Below, one piece after another: positions 15,565-28,161 of a stretch of DNA of 64,000 nucleotides. The notes beneath the pieces were generated by a model that was given only the letters and a program-made list of their open reading frames with translations, did not search any database and had not been told where the DNA came from. Source of the stretch: Anthoceros angustus (lineage: Eukaryota; Plantae; Anthocerotophyta); contig VJWM01000202.1 of the NCBI GenBank assembly GCA_010909165.1, forward strand, positions 62,001-126,000, read 5' to 3'. Position numbers and translations under genes: made by a program. Positions within the stretch are counted from its first letter, which is position 1. Each line of letters begins with the position of its first letter.

Positions 15565-18500
15565 ATGGATGTGTCCTGCGTTGCCATGGAGTTGTGCAGT
15601 GGCCAACAGGACCCGTCGTCCGGACAGGTTTGGTGGACACGACAGAGTGGAGGCCTAACGAGTATTCGGGGAACGGCTTCTGCTCAACTGATATTCAGAG
15701 ACCATCCTCTGGCAAACAGCCAAGCTGCCAGCTGCAGCAGGTATGCTGTATGGACAGCCCGTCTGAGAGGATGTTTGCCTACAGACGGGTCTTCCCGCAA
15801 GGGTGGTGGCCAAGTCTGGAAAAGCAACTGGAGCTTGCGGGAAGATCCGGACCCTGGCGGGACTGGGCTTGCAGTACATGATGGGGGCATTACGGCAGAT
15901 ACCGTGACAAAGCTATGTCATGAGGGGCATGTCACTGAGGCTGTTGAGGCTTTGGGGGTTTTGGTGCAGAAAGGCGATGGTATTTCTAACTCTCTGTTTT
16001 ATGCTATCCTGAAGAAGTGTGTCGAGAAGAAGGATCTCGTTCTGGGTCGCCGAGTCCATGCGTTCACGGTGAGACATGGGTACCAGTCGGACACGTTCCT
16101 GTGCAATCATATCCTTCGAATGTATGCTTCTTTTGCGAGGTTGCAAGACGCGATGGATGTGTTCACCTTGGTTGCCAAACCAGATACTTTTATGTGGTAT
16201 TCTATCATTTCTGCGCATGTCAAATGTGGACAGAACAAGCAGGCCATACAACTGTATCACCGGATGCGCAGGTCAAGTATGAAGCCAGACGGCCATGTGT
16301 TCATGGCAGCCCTTCAAGCTTGTGCAAGGGCATCGGACTTGGAAACTGGGCAGCAAGTGCATGCCGATGTGTTGGCCAGTGGCGTCGAGCCTGATTTATT
16401 CGTTTGTAGTTGCTTGGTGGACATGTATGCAAAGTGCGGTAGCTTGGAGGATGCTCAGGGTGTGTTTAACGGACTTGGGAAAAAAAACGTGGTCTCATGG
16501 AATGCGATGATATCAGGGTATTCTCAGAAGGGCATGGCGCTGGAAGCCCTTAGTCTCTACAGGGCTATGGAAGATGAGGGACTTGTTGCTCCTGATTCTG
16601 TGACTTTTGTGTGTCTTCTGCAGGCTTGTGCAAGTGTGGGCACCACGGCATTCGAGACGGGGAAGGAGCTTCATGCGCAAATTAGAGAGAGAGGACACCA
16701 AGATGATGTGTTTGTAGCCAACAGTTTGGTAAACATGTATGCGAAAAGTGGCAGCCTGAAGGACGCTCAGGGTGTGTTTGATGGACTGGGTCGAAAAGAT
16801 GTGGTGACATGGAATGCGATGATAGCAGGATATTCCCAGCAGGGCATGGGCCAGGAAGCCCTTCGTCTCTATGCAGCCATGCAAGAAGGAAATGCTGTAC
16901 CCAATTCCGTGACATATGCATCCGTCCTGCAGGCATGTGCAAGTGTGGGCACCCCGGCATTGGAGAAGGGGAAGCAGATTCATTCGCAAATTACAAAACA
17001 AGGGCATCAAGCTGATGTGTTTGTAGCCAGCAGCTTGGTGAACATGTATGCAAGGTGCGGTAGCTTGACAGATGCTCAGAGGGTGTTTGACGGACTTGGT
17101 CAAAAGGATGTTGTGACGTGGAATGCCCTCATAGCCGGGTATTCCCTGCAGGACATGGGCCAGCAAGCCCTTCAGCTTCACAATGCTATGGAAGAAGGTG
17201 GTGGTGCTGTACCGAATTCCGTAACATTTGTGTATCTGCTGCAGGCATGTGCGAGCGTGGGCACCCTGGCGTTAGAGAAGGAAGCAGATTCATTCGCAAA
17301 TTACAAAACAAGGGCATCAAGCTGATGTGTTTGTAGCCAGCAGCTTGGTGAACATGTATGCAAGGTGCGGTAGCTTGACAGATGCTCAGAGGGTGTTTGA
17401 CGGACTTGGTCAAAAGGATGTTGTGACGTGGAATGCCCTCATAGCCGGGTATTCCCTGCAGGACATGGGCCAGCAAGCCCTTCAGCTTCACAATGCTATG
17501 GAAGAAGGTGGTGGTGCTGTACCGAATTCCGTAACATTTGTGTATCTGCTGCAGGCATGTGCGAGCGTGGGCACCCTGGCGTTAGAGAAGGGGAAGCAGC
17601 TCCATTCTCAAATTAGAGAACGAGGATATCAAGCTGATTTATTTGTAGGTAGCAGTTTGTTGAACATGTATGCAAAGTGTGGCAGCTTGGAAGATGCCCA
17701 GAGAGTGTTTGACGGACTTCGTGAGAAAGATGTGGTGACATGGAATGCCATGATAGCAGGGTATTCCCAGCAAGGCATGGGCCAGGAAGCCATTCGTCTT
17801 TACAGTGCTATGCAAGGAGAAGGCATCACTGTGCCCAATTCTGTAACGTTCGTGTGCCTCTTGCAGGCATGTGCAAATTTGGCAGCTTTGCATCTGGGAA
17901 GGCAGCTACATGCACAGATTCGAGAACAAGGGCTTCAAGCCGAGGAGTTTGTTGCCGGCAGTCTGATAAACATGTACGGGAAGTCTGGGAGTATGCTTGA
18001 TGCCCAGCAGGTATTTGATGCGATGCTGGAAAGAGACATTGTCGCCTGGAGCTCACTGATTGCAGGCTACACCTGTCAAGGAGACAGTGAAGTGGTCTTC
18101 GCCTTGCTGGAGAGAATGAAAAAGGAAGGAATACAGCCAGCTGGTTCTACATTCCTTAGCATCCTAACTGTATGCAGTCATGCGGGTCTAGTCAAGGAGG
18201 GCAGGGAGTACTTTGATTCTATGAGCAGACACTACAGCATTACTCCCGCTGTGGAGCACTACACATGCATCGTGGATCTCTTGGGCCGTGCAGGCCAACT
18301 TGATGAGGCGCTGGGTGTGATAAGGACAATGCCCTCACCGCCTGATGCTGCAGTTTGGCACACCCTGTTAGGCGCCTGTCAAAAGTGGAGCAACGTTGAG
18401 GTCGGACGCCACGCTTTTGACCAAGCTGTGAAGCTAGACGAGCAAGACGGTGCAGCATATGTGTTGATGTCCAACATATACACCGGTGCCCAGATGTGGG

Positions 18501-18616
18501 AGCAGGCACAGGAGATGCAGGCAAGAAGAAAAAGAACGAGGGCATGGAAGGAGCCAGGTCAGAGCTGGTGGGCAGACATGGACGGCATGGTGCATAGTTT
18601 CTTCGTTAAGGGATAA
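15565..18616 (+). CDS. PLS-class pentatricopeptide repeat RNA-editing factor, E/E+ WW-type, no DYW domain; frameshift at ~17281
   Basis: Repeated LVNMYAKCGSLEDA..VFD..DVVTWNAMIAGY..PNSVTFV motifs; E domain HYTCIVDLLGRAG, AYVLMSNIY; ends KEPGQSWWADMDGMVHSFFVKG*; ORFs 15565-17325 and 17327-18616. Confidence 0.9.
16971..17590 (+). repeat. Exact 310-bp tandem duplication inside the PPR gene
   Basis: 16971-17280 is identical to 17281-17590 (gaagcagattcattcgc...gttagagaag). Confidence 0.9.
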
Positions 18617-19612
18617 AGAAGCATCCAGGAAAGCCACCCTCCATATCTGACATCGTAATTTGATTTAGCTTCTTCCCTGCCCTTCCTTCGACCAGCATGC
18701 TCTACAAGATGAGACGTTTGGCACCAGAGTAGTCAATTGTACGCTCAACATTGTTCCAAACCCACTGAAACTAAAATAAAAAACGACATCTTCGTCATTG
18801 GATTGAGTGGTGTGATCTTCTAACCTCCTCCATAGTCTCGGCCTTTGGATCCGAAGTTTAGTACACTCAGAGTGTCTCGATGTTTAGTTTACCATCAGAA
18901 CTCGCCGGTTCTGTTCTTCGAGATTAGGTCGCTGGCAAGGACACGTCCATGAAAGAGATTAGGAAACGGAATAAAAGATGGAATGTTCAGGGCCCGGTAG
19001 GATGGCCGATTTTACACACCTGTAGCTCCAAGCAAATACTTTAAGGCAGCAGTGAGCCGGGGTAGCGAGGATAGGGTAGGAGAGCGGCGTATTGTGAGCG
19101 TGTTGGCTTGTGCTTCTGTTGTCGTCTGTAGGCTATGGCGCACTGCCCCTCCGGCCACCTGCTTCTTTGCATCTTCAATTGGCGCGGTCTTGTTTCGGCT
19201 CCCATCCAGCCTCGGCTCAGTTTGCACTCTCCTTGTTCCCATCAGTGGCTGCAACTGGGGCCGCGGGAGTAATTGCCGGGCGCCACGGCCCGCCTTGGCT
19301 TTGCGATCTGCGGGGAGCGGTTTCTTTCCTGGTGAGAGCTCTGTTTTGTGACATTGCGTGAGATTTGCGAAGATAGCCGTTGCTTTCTATGCGTGGGATG
19401 ATTTGCGTGCTTCGATTTCTTTGGTTGGTTGTCCTTATGTATGGTTGCAATCTGTGGGAATGGTATGCTCTGGAGCATGTGTCGGTAGAGGAGCTAGCCA
19501 TGCTCCTTGCACGGTGCATGACGTGGTGGTAGACGACGGGGTGCTGAGTCCTGGAAGTATGTGAGCACTCAAGTCTTGTAAATTGTGGTTGCAGGAAACC
19601 GCAAGCGTGAAG

Positions 19613-20746
19613 ATGGAAGGAACCGGCGAAGAGTTGGATCTCACTGGCGACGGTGGTGTCCTGAAGAAGATTGTCCGTCGGGCCAAACCTGATGCTCCCA
19701 AGCCGTCAGAGATTCTTCCAAATGTTGATGGTAAGTGACGTTCTTTTCGCGGTTTCCGTATGCACGTCCCGAAAGTTGCGGGCATCCCACCTGAAACCTG
19801 TGACTCTCCAAGCCCGGATTTGGTGGATGTGCTGCGGTGCCTGTCTTGTCACTCGGAGGATACTGAGTGTTTGGCTTCTTGGCACTCCGCTGTTAATTCC
19901 CTCCTTCATGTTGCTATACCTAAAATTCTTTATTCCGTAACATAATCTATGGGGGTTGAATGCAGTTCATTATGAAGGCAAGCTGGCAGAAACTGGCAAA
20001 GTCTTTGACTCAACCCGGGATGACAACACGATCTTCTCGTTTGATGTTGGACAAGGGAATGTTATTCGGGCATGGGACATTGCTGTGAAGACTATGCAGG
20101 TATGCCGCGTATGCAGCTGTTAGGTGTGTGGCGATGCCATGGCAACTCAGCTCTTTTTGCGTTGAATATGCTTGATTGTTGCGGAACATGCCCTTCTTGG
20201 AGCAGGTTGGAGAACTGGCGATCATAACTTGTGATGCTGATTATGCGTATGGCAAAGCTGGATCGCCTCCTGAGATACCTCCCGGGTACTGTTCATTTTT
20301 GTCTGACTATCAGGTTACACCTTTCGTGGCGTATTTTTCTGCGTCCTGGCATCGCAGACTGATGCCTGTGTTCATGATTGTGCTTGTACAGGGCAAGGCT
20401 GATATTTGAGATCGAACTGCTGGCTGCTAGCCCGCAAAAAGGCTCTCGTGCTGAGAATGTAGTTGCTGAGAAAGCTAGGCTCGAGTACGTTTCTGCGGCC
20501 TTTTTCAAAACGCAGTTGATTTTCTCGTCTTTCTGGGCTTCGTTCTCCTCAGTTGTTTTAGTAAATGTGTATGGTATGATGTGCAGAGAAATTCGCAGGG
20601 ATAGGGACCTAGCAAATGCGAAGAAGGAAGAGGAGAAGAAGAAACGGGAGGAAGCAAAAGCAGCTGCGGCATTACGTATAAAAGAGAAGCTGGATGCCAA
20701 GAAAGGAGTCAAAGGTGGTGGTGGCAAAAGCAGGGCTCGAAGCTAA
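19613..20746 (+). CDS. FKBP20-1: FKBP-type peptidyl-prolyl isomerase with Lys-rich C-terminus; 5 exons
   Basis: LDLTGDGGVLKKIVR, VHYEGKLAETGKVFDST, VIRAWDIAVKTMQVGE, YAYGKAGSPPEIPP, LIFEIELL, KKREEAKAAAA. Confidence 0.9.
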
Positions 20747-22025
20747 GCTTGATGGATGGTCGAGCGGAATGTAAAGACGTCTAGTGTGGATTCCCGGCTG
20801 GCAATCCAAAGCGGGAAAAGTACCTCTAGAAAAGGTTCCTTTTCCAAGATACCACCTGATAAAACAAGTAAAAAGTGGTGGTGTGATATCGTTATTACAT
20901 GTGTTGTTATGCACGAATATAACATTGTATTACTGCTGATTTTCTCCTCAAATGGTTGCTTTTGCCGCCCTTCAACGGGTCTCTATTTTCTCTGGCCCTC
21001 AAACTGAAACACTCCGCTCCCCCGTCTCAGGTCCCCATACTGCGAGCTTCATCTTCATCCACTGGTCTTTTTGACACCTTTAACAACCTGGGCGGATACA
21101 TCTACTGCACTGCAGTGGGGTTCCACCAAATTCCTTCGACAAGCTCTACAGGAGTGTTTTTCTCGAGTAAGCCGAGCAAGCCGACAAGCGTGTTCAGAAC
21201 AGGATTTCTAACTGGAGTCGCTGGACCCGGCCGGTGGCCCAAACAGACACGAAAGGCTTGTCAGTTGTCACTCCATTGTCATGATTTAGCATCAAGAAAA
21301 GTCGGCCGCGCCTGCGGAGAGAAGGGTTATAGATCCGATCATCCGATCCGGATTACGTTCCTTCCATCTCCTCCGGTTGGCCCACCTGAGCATCAGTGCC
21401 CTGCGCTCTGTACCTGTGAAGTGGCAACTTGGCATCTTGACGTCTGCCCAAGCTGGTGACCGAAAATTGCCTCGTTACTTGTGGAGTTTGGAATATGTTT
21501 GTAAGTGCGAGAACCCTAACGTGCTGCCGAGTGTCCAGTATAGGCCAAACGGCGCGTCTCCTGAGGTGATGTTGGCACAAGGTTGTTTGGATGACCTGTC
21601 CTGTTCTGAAGCATGAGCGCTGCGGTGCTTGCAACTATGCCGTCAGGCGAGCCTATTTTCCAATCGGATATTGCTGCATCTTTAAGACGGTTGGAGCTCT
21701 TGCTGAGGCATAGTAGAGCTGTTTTGTCAGCCAGGGAGATGTGAGAGAATCTGGAAATGAAGTTCTTTCCAAGTGGGATCCTCTGAATATTTGGGTTGGG
21801 ATTCTTTGACTTGTGCAGAGGCACGTTCAGGTGTTTTTAGCTGTGCACTGTGCCCAGGGGTTTTCCATGCTTGTGGTGCTGATGCCTCTCGGACAAGACC
21901 AGGTCTTGAACTTGGGATCTCTTTAACCCTTGTTCTTTCCTCTTTCCGGGTGGGGATTTCTTATTTGAGGCCGCTGCCAGCATTCTGGCGGGTTGATTGG
22001 GGATTGTTCACTCAACATTGTGAAC

Positions 22026-22694
22026 ATGGTCTCTATTGCAAAATCATGGAGCTGCAACCGGGCTGTGTCACTTGTTCATGTGAGGTACCAGGAAGATGAC
22101 GTGCTTGGATATGTGCTCGCATGGGCGTCTTTGACACCCATCTTCATAGGGGTCGGTGGGTTTGTCACCCATTTCATTTTCAGAAGAGAGCTCCAGGCCT
22201 TCTTCTTTGGTTTGGGCATCGTACTATCAGAGGGTTTGAATCTAATAATCAAGGACTGGGTCAAACAGGACAGGCCAACGACATGTGCCCTACTGGAGAT
22301 GTGCGATTCCCATGGATGGCCTTCCTCACATTCTCAGTTCATGTGTTTCTTCTCTACTTATCTCTCCCTCCTGGCTCTGAGAAGGTTCTCATTCTCAGAT
22401 AGGCTGAGCAATTGGTTCACTGCACTGGTATCCTGGCCTTTCACATTTCTCACCATGTATTCTAGGATATATTTGGGATATCACAGCCTTGAGCAGGTGA
22501 TTGCAGGAGGGGCTATGGGCATTGTTTTTGGATTGGCGTGGTACTTGATAGTCAACAGAAAATTAGCCAAGTACTTCCCTCGTTTGGAGAAATCGCGAAT
22601 CTGTAGCTACTTTCTAATCAAGGATAGCTCCCACATACCAAATGTTTTGCAGTTTGAGTACAAGAACAGCGTGGGTGCTCGTCACCAAGAGTAG
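22026..22694 (+). CDS. LPPG: Lipid phosphate phosphatase gamma / dolichyldiphosphatase (PAP2)
   Basis: VHVRYQ..LAWASL, FRRELQ, KQDRP, GWPSSHSQ, SRIYLGYHS PAP2 motifs; single exon. Confidence 0.9.
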   Translation: MVSIAKSWSCNRAVSLVHVRYQEDDVLGYVLAWASLTPIFIGVGGFVTHFIFRRELQAFFFGLGIVLSEGLNLIIKDWVKQDRPTTCALLEMCDSHGWPSSHSQFMCFFSTYLSLLALRRFSFSDRLSNWFTALVSWPFTFLTMYSRIYLGYHSLEQVIAGGAMGIVFGLAWYLIVNRKLAKYFPRLEKSRICSYFLIKDSSHIPNVLQFEYKNSVGARHQE

Positions 22695-24029
22695 CTGTTC
22701 GAATGGTTCCTTCAACTTATTTATTATCATTCTTTGGCTAGCCATCACAGGCAAAGCATTGTTTGAGATGACATGGTCTGTACCCTACGTGTGCCGACTT
22801 ACAACTTGCTCTCCGGATCATTGGGATGTGAAGTGTGGTGCCATTTCTTTGAACGGTTGACGTTGAAGTGAACAGTCTTGGGATGGGAGCACGAACAGGT
22901 TTCACGATTTTCAAGAGCGGTGTATGCTTTATTATCGTAGAGTAATCTCAGTGAAAGAAGGGGAGTTCCAAGGGGACGGACCTCAGCCGCAGTTGGGAAC
23001 GAGCATCAATTGCAGTGGGCTTGCAAATGTGAGTCGCAGATATCTATGCTCTCTCCCAAGAAGGTAAGACGACGTTAGGTAAGTGCCACATTATCCCGAG
23101 CCGACAAAATCTCGCAAGCCATTACTTAAGAAATGTAAGATTTGAACGACCAGGCTGCAAGTTTGCTTACGCAACATGGCAGCATATGCACCCTAGTTAT
23201 GTGGTGGAAGATCATCCTTGCAGTGTCCCCGAAGATGAGAACCTGACCTGACTCCAGAGCCACCTTCTCAGCGTTTTCCAAGCTCCTGTCTTTTTCGACG
23301 CAGAGCGCCGCTGAGTCTGAAGTTGAGAAGGGAACTCCAGCAGAACCTGTCTTTTTGCTCCTCAGGCTTTCTGCCCTGTTCTGCAGAAATACAATACTTG
23401 TCCAGCTCCACAGATCCCAACAACAAGATAGAGACAGAACCTTTCACCTGGTAATCTGACTGCACCTGTTGCATGCTCAAATTGCCGGTGTGGTCGGTCC
23501 AGTCGCTTGTAACTGAGAGGATGTGGTTTCCTAAGAGCTAAGTCAGAGGCACGTCTCCAACCCTGGGACAATCATCCAAGCTGAGCCAAGACGGTTGCAC
23601 CTCCGCCTGTAGCAGACAGGCGTGTGGCATTTATTCCACCTAAAGAGGTGCTGGCATAGGACTAATGACAAATCATTTCTCTGTGCTCCAAGGACCTTCA
23701 ATCTAGTTGCTTCATGTCTATTAGTTCAGTCTACAGAGCATCAACACCTTTCCCCATATGTCTGCTCCACTCTGCCTTGGACACAATGCTGTAGTCATTT
23801 CTTGGAACAGAGCAAAGATTCGAATTTTTAGATATGGGATGGCCTCATCCACCTAGAACAGTGAAGAGTAAAACACAAACAGAAGGACCTTTATTTCGGC
23901 AGAACTGCGCTAGTCAGCAAGACGCTGAATCCAGCTCAAAAGATTAGGTTTCCTTTACACTGCTGCTATGTATGTATTTAAATAACTGCGTTCCTGTGCT
24001 ACATGGCTGCAAAATTGTTCCTGGTTTTT

Positions 24030-25469
24030 TCAGACCTTCAAGTTCTGGAAGAACATTTCGAGGTCGATGTTAACAGCGTGGCCACCACGGTTATAACTCC
24101 CATCATCCTCTCTTTCCTCACGGCTCGGCGGCAGAATGGCAGCATGCCGGGTGCGGCGCTTCATCATCTCCGTCACCATCTTCTCGTCCACGTTGAATGC
24201 AGCCATTAGCAATTCCTGGGGCATGTTCCTGAACACACTGTCTTCTCCGGCCATATGCATCGGCATGGGCCTGCATTCGTCGGAGCAAACGAATTTCACC
24301 AATAAGCGTCACAGCTAGCAACATCTGGACTTCACCCACAAATCAGATTTTCAACAACAGGATCCTGAGGAGTATTGCATGACATACATGTCGGTGGTGG
24401 TGAAGGCGATCAGCTCGCAACCTTCACGGCCAGCTCGCTTCATTATCGGATGGCCCATGGGCACCATCAACATTTGACCCTCTTCCATTTCCTCGTCCAA
24501 ACAGCGCTCACCGTTGGGCCTGACCACTTGCACACGGACGGATCCCCTGCTGCAGTACAGCATGTTGTGTCCGTTGGACATGTATCCTGGGGCCACCATC
24601 GCCTCCTGAGGAAGATCAATAGATCAGAAGGAGATCAACAAATAACAAATAGATCTATATGGATGGAATTTCTGTCTTTCGACGGTGCCGCCAAAGAGCG
24701 ATGCATATGCCATCAGGACTTACGGATTCCAAGCGAATTCGGATAGCACCCATTCCAGTCTGCGCTCGCATGGTCTGGAGCACAGGTAGGCGGAAGCGGT
24801 TGAGCATAGTCATGCACCCTCCCCTGCCGCTGTAGTGGTCGCAGTTGGCGTGCTCCATGTCGTACATGAAGTGCATCATGGACATGGACGCCATCGACCG
24901 ATCGGACTCGCTCCCTTCACGCCCACACTGGTTGCACATGAGGTCGTGGAAGGGGTGATCCTTTTCCACTCGGATGATGCCGCTTCCCTCCTGACTGTTA
25001 ACCAGCCTCTCCACCATCTGCTCGTCCACGTTCCAAGCGGCCGCCAGCAACTCTTTGCTGAAGCCTTGCATCACACTGCCGCACTGCTCGCTTCTGCCTC
25101 CCATCAACATGAACCCCTGCGCACACAGTACTCCGGAATCGGCCATCAACACTCGCCCGCATTGAAGCTGTAATCAACATGAAGTCAGTTCAGAGGTCTA
25201 CGTTTGCAAGAAAGCTCTCTTACGCTGCATCGCCCAGGCTTGACTGCTGCCATCGAGGTGTCGGCCATGGCCACCAAGTGGCACTCTCCACCGTGTTCCT
25301 CCTTCCTACGAGAGTGTTCATGTTCGTGCTTTCGTTCGCGGTCCTCCTGCGGGCGATGCTCACGACCCCGCGCACACTCACAGCCCTGACTTTCTCCCAT
25401 GTTGTAGAACCAAAACACCATGCCGCGCGGGACTGCCACAACTTCGCCCTTCCTGATCATGCGGTAGTC
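24030..25469 (-). CDS. 3' part of an 11S-globulin-like bicupin (copy B: partial exon 2 to exon 5 with the normal C-terminus)
   Basis: Exons ~25469-25224, 25116-24724, 24605-24388, 24270-24030; has no start or exon 1 of its own and is joined out of frame to copy A. Confidence 0.75.
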
Positions 25470-27227
25470 TCGGCGGCAGAATGGCAGCATGCCGGGTGCG
25501 CTTCATCATCTCCGTCACCATCTTCTCGTCCACGTTGAATGCAGCCATTAGCAATTCCTGGGGCATGTTCCTGAACACACTGTCTTCTCCGGCCATATGC
25601 ATCGGCATGGGCCTGCATTCGTCGGAGCAAACGAATTTCACCAATAAGCGTCACAGCTAGCAACATCTGGACTTCACCCACAAATCAGATTTTCAACAAC
25701 AGGATCCTGAGGAGTATTGCATGACATACATGTCGGTGGTGGTGAAGGCGATCAGCTCGCAACCTTCACGGCCAGCTCGCTTCATTATCGGATGGCCCAT
25801 GGGCACCATCAACATTTGACCCTCTTCCATTTCCTCGTCCAAACAGCGCTCACCGTTGGGCCTGACCACTTGCACACGGACGGATCCCCTGCTGCAGTAC
25901 AGCATGTTGTGTCCGTTGGACATGTATCCTGGGGCCACCATCGCCTCCTGAGGAAGATCAATAGATCAGAAGGAGATCAACAAATAACAAATAGATCTAT
26001 ATGGATGGAATTTCTGTCTTTCGATCCGCCAGAGCGATGCGATCCATCAGGACTTACGGGTTCCAAGCGAATTCGGATAGCACCCATTCCAGTCTGCGCT
26101 CGCATGGTCTGGAGCACAGGTAGGCGGAAGCGGTTGAGCATAGTCATGCACCCTCCCCTGCCGCTGTAGTGGTCGCAGTTGGCGTGCTCCATGTCGTACA
26201 TGAAGTGCATCATGGACATGGACGCCATCGACTCGGACTCGCTCCCTTCACGCCCACACTGGCTGCACATGAGATCGTGGAAGGGGTGGTCCTCTTCCAC
26301 TCGGATGAGGCCACTTTCCTGCTGACTGTAAACCAGCCTGTCCACCATCTGCTCGTCCACGTTCCAAGCCGCCGCCAGCATTTCCTTGCTGAAGCCTTGC
26401 ATCACGCTGCCGCACTGCTCGCTTCTGCCTCCCATCAACATGAACCCCTGCGCACACAACACTCCGGAATCTGCCATCAACACTCGCCCGCATTGCAGCT
26501 GTAATCAACATGGAGCCAATTCTGAGACGTTTGCAAGCTCTCTTACGCTGCATCGCCCAGGCTTGACTGCTGCCATCGAGGTATCGGCCATGGCCACCAA
26601 GTGGCACTCTCCACCGTGTTCCTCCTCCCTATGAGAGTGTTCATGTTCGTGCTTCCGTTCGCGGTCCTCCTCCCGGCGATGCTCACGACCCCGCGCACAC
26701 TCACATCCCCGACTTTCGTCTCCGATGTTGTAGAACCAGAAAACCATACCGCGCGGGACTGCCACAACCTCGCCCTTCCGGATCATGCGGTAGTCTCGGC
26801 GGGCGCCCATCGGCAGGCTCATTCCCATCATCGCCTGCCCTGTAGGCAAGAACCAGGCCACAGAATAAGCAATCAGAACATGAGAGGACGGCTGTTCAGA
26901 ATGTGCACTCTGCGGGCACACGTTTTCACAAGAATGGGACGATGAGATGCACGTACCTCGGGTACAATAAATGAGCAGCGCGGAGTCCGTGTACTTGGGC
27001 AGCAGCAGCCCGCGCTCCCTCAATTGGATACGCGCGCCTTCCATACCCGCATTCTCCAGAGCCTCACACCGATCCGATCTCCACATGTCAAATCGTCCTC
27101 CCTCGGACTCGAACATCCTGTCGGCTTCCAACCTCATGCACTGTTCTTGGTCACCCATTGCTGTGTTCACCAGCGCGGCCAGCAGGAGGCCGGCAATCAC
27201 AACTCCCAACCTGCCTGTCGGCGACAT
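25378..27227 (-). CDS. Met-rich secreted 11S-globulin/legumin-like bicupin (copy A)
   Basis: Signal peptide; FESEGG..GLLLPKYTDS..IYCTRG, IRKGEVVAVPRGMVFWFYN, GFSKEMLAAAWNVD, GSVRVQVV, AGEDSVF; exons 27227-26957, 26839-26547, 26447-26058, 25947-25730, 25612-; C-terminus replaced after the junction at ~25470. Confidence 0.85.
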
Positions 27228-27365
27228 GGTTGCAGATTTGCAGCAAACTCGTCAAATGTGGAAGAACTATAGACTACCAAAAGTGAGGGAAGAACAGGTG
27301 TGTGTGACAGTACAAGAATGGGCGGGCTTTATGGCAGTGGCCTCATGCCCCCACTGGAAGAAGAG

Positions 27366-27379
27366 GCGCATGCAACTCC
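27366..27379. promoter_or_regulatory. RY-like motif (CATGCA) in cupin promoter
   Basis: gcgcatgcaactcc is conserved in both cupin promoters (27366 and 46643), upstream of a TATA-like element. Confidence 0.45.
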
Positions 27380-28161
27380 CCGTTAAGAACTGGTGCCAAG
27401 TCTTGCAGTTCCTTCAACAGTTGTCCTCCAAGAGGCGGTGTTCTATCAGTGATGTGTCAGTTTCTGTTGCAGTGACCGAACAGTGTTGCTAACGGATGCT
27501 TGCTTACTTTGCGGGAAAGCCCCGGCCCCCTCTTGTAACTTGTAACTGGGAAAACATGGCAACTAGAAAAGAAAAATCCAACAATCTCCAAGGTTGTTAA
27601 TTACACAGCTCGCGATCCTCACCGGAATCCTTTGAACACTTAACCATATAAAAGAGGTGAAAAAACAAGGGCTTGCTTTGTGCACCAACGCCCTCATGAC
27701 ATGCTAACCGTTTGGTAAGGATCATAAATCCCGTAGGTTCTTTTAGGGAACTCAAGGAAGAACAAAGAAGGGAGTATGTATCCCATATCCCCAGCAGCAG
27801 GCTGCGCATCCATGCTAACCTGGTGGGACTACTTGTTGTTGGACGCAGCCTAGTTCATTGCTTTCTCTTGAGTAACTATAGTATACCATCAATCTTTGAT
27901 CAAAGTGTGATTGTGCGGTTCAAATTGGTTTCTCTAGTTCATCCGGATTAAAAAGGAGGACAAGGATGCTACCACAAGCTCTTCTTAGTGTTTTGGTATG
28001 TATGTGTGTTTTTTCTTACGTGTTTTTATGTGTATTCAGGTGTCCGAATAGCTTATCTCAAATGGACACTCATGCTTGTTAAGTTTCCTGTGCTTCCATT
28101 GGTACTTAGATGGGGTGCTTAGAGGGAGTGCTTGACCTTGGTGCTAGTAGCTTAGGCACAC

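Noticed and set aside
11693-22694. RLPH or LPP-gamma as thiamine-phosphate phosphatases extending the cluster
   Set aside because: Both belong to conserved families with other known roles; proximity alone is no evidence
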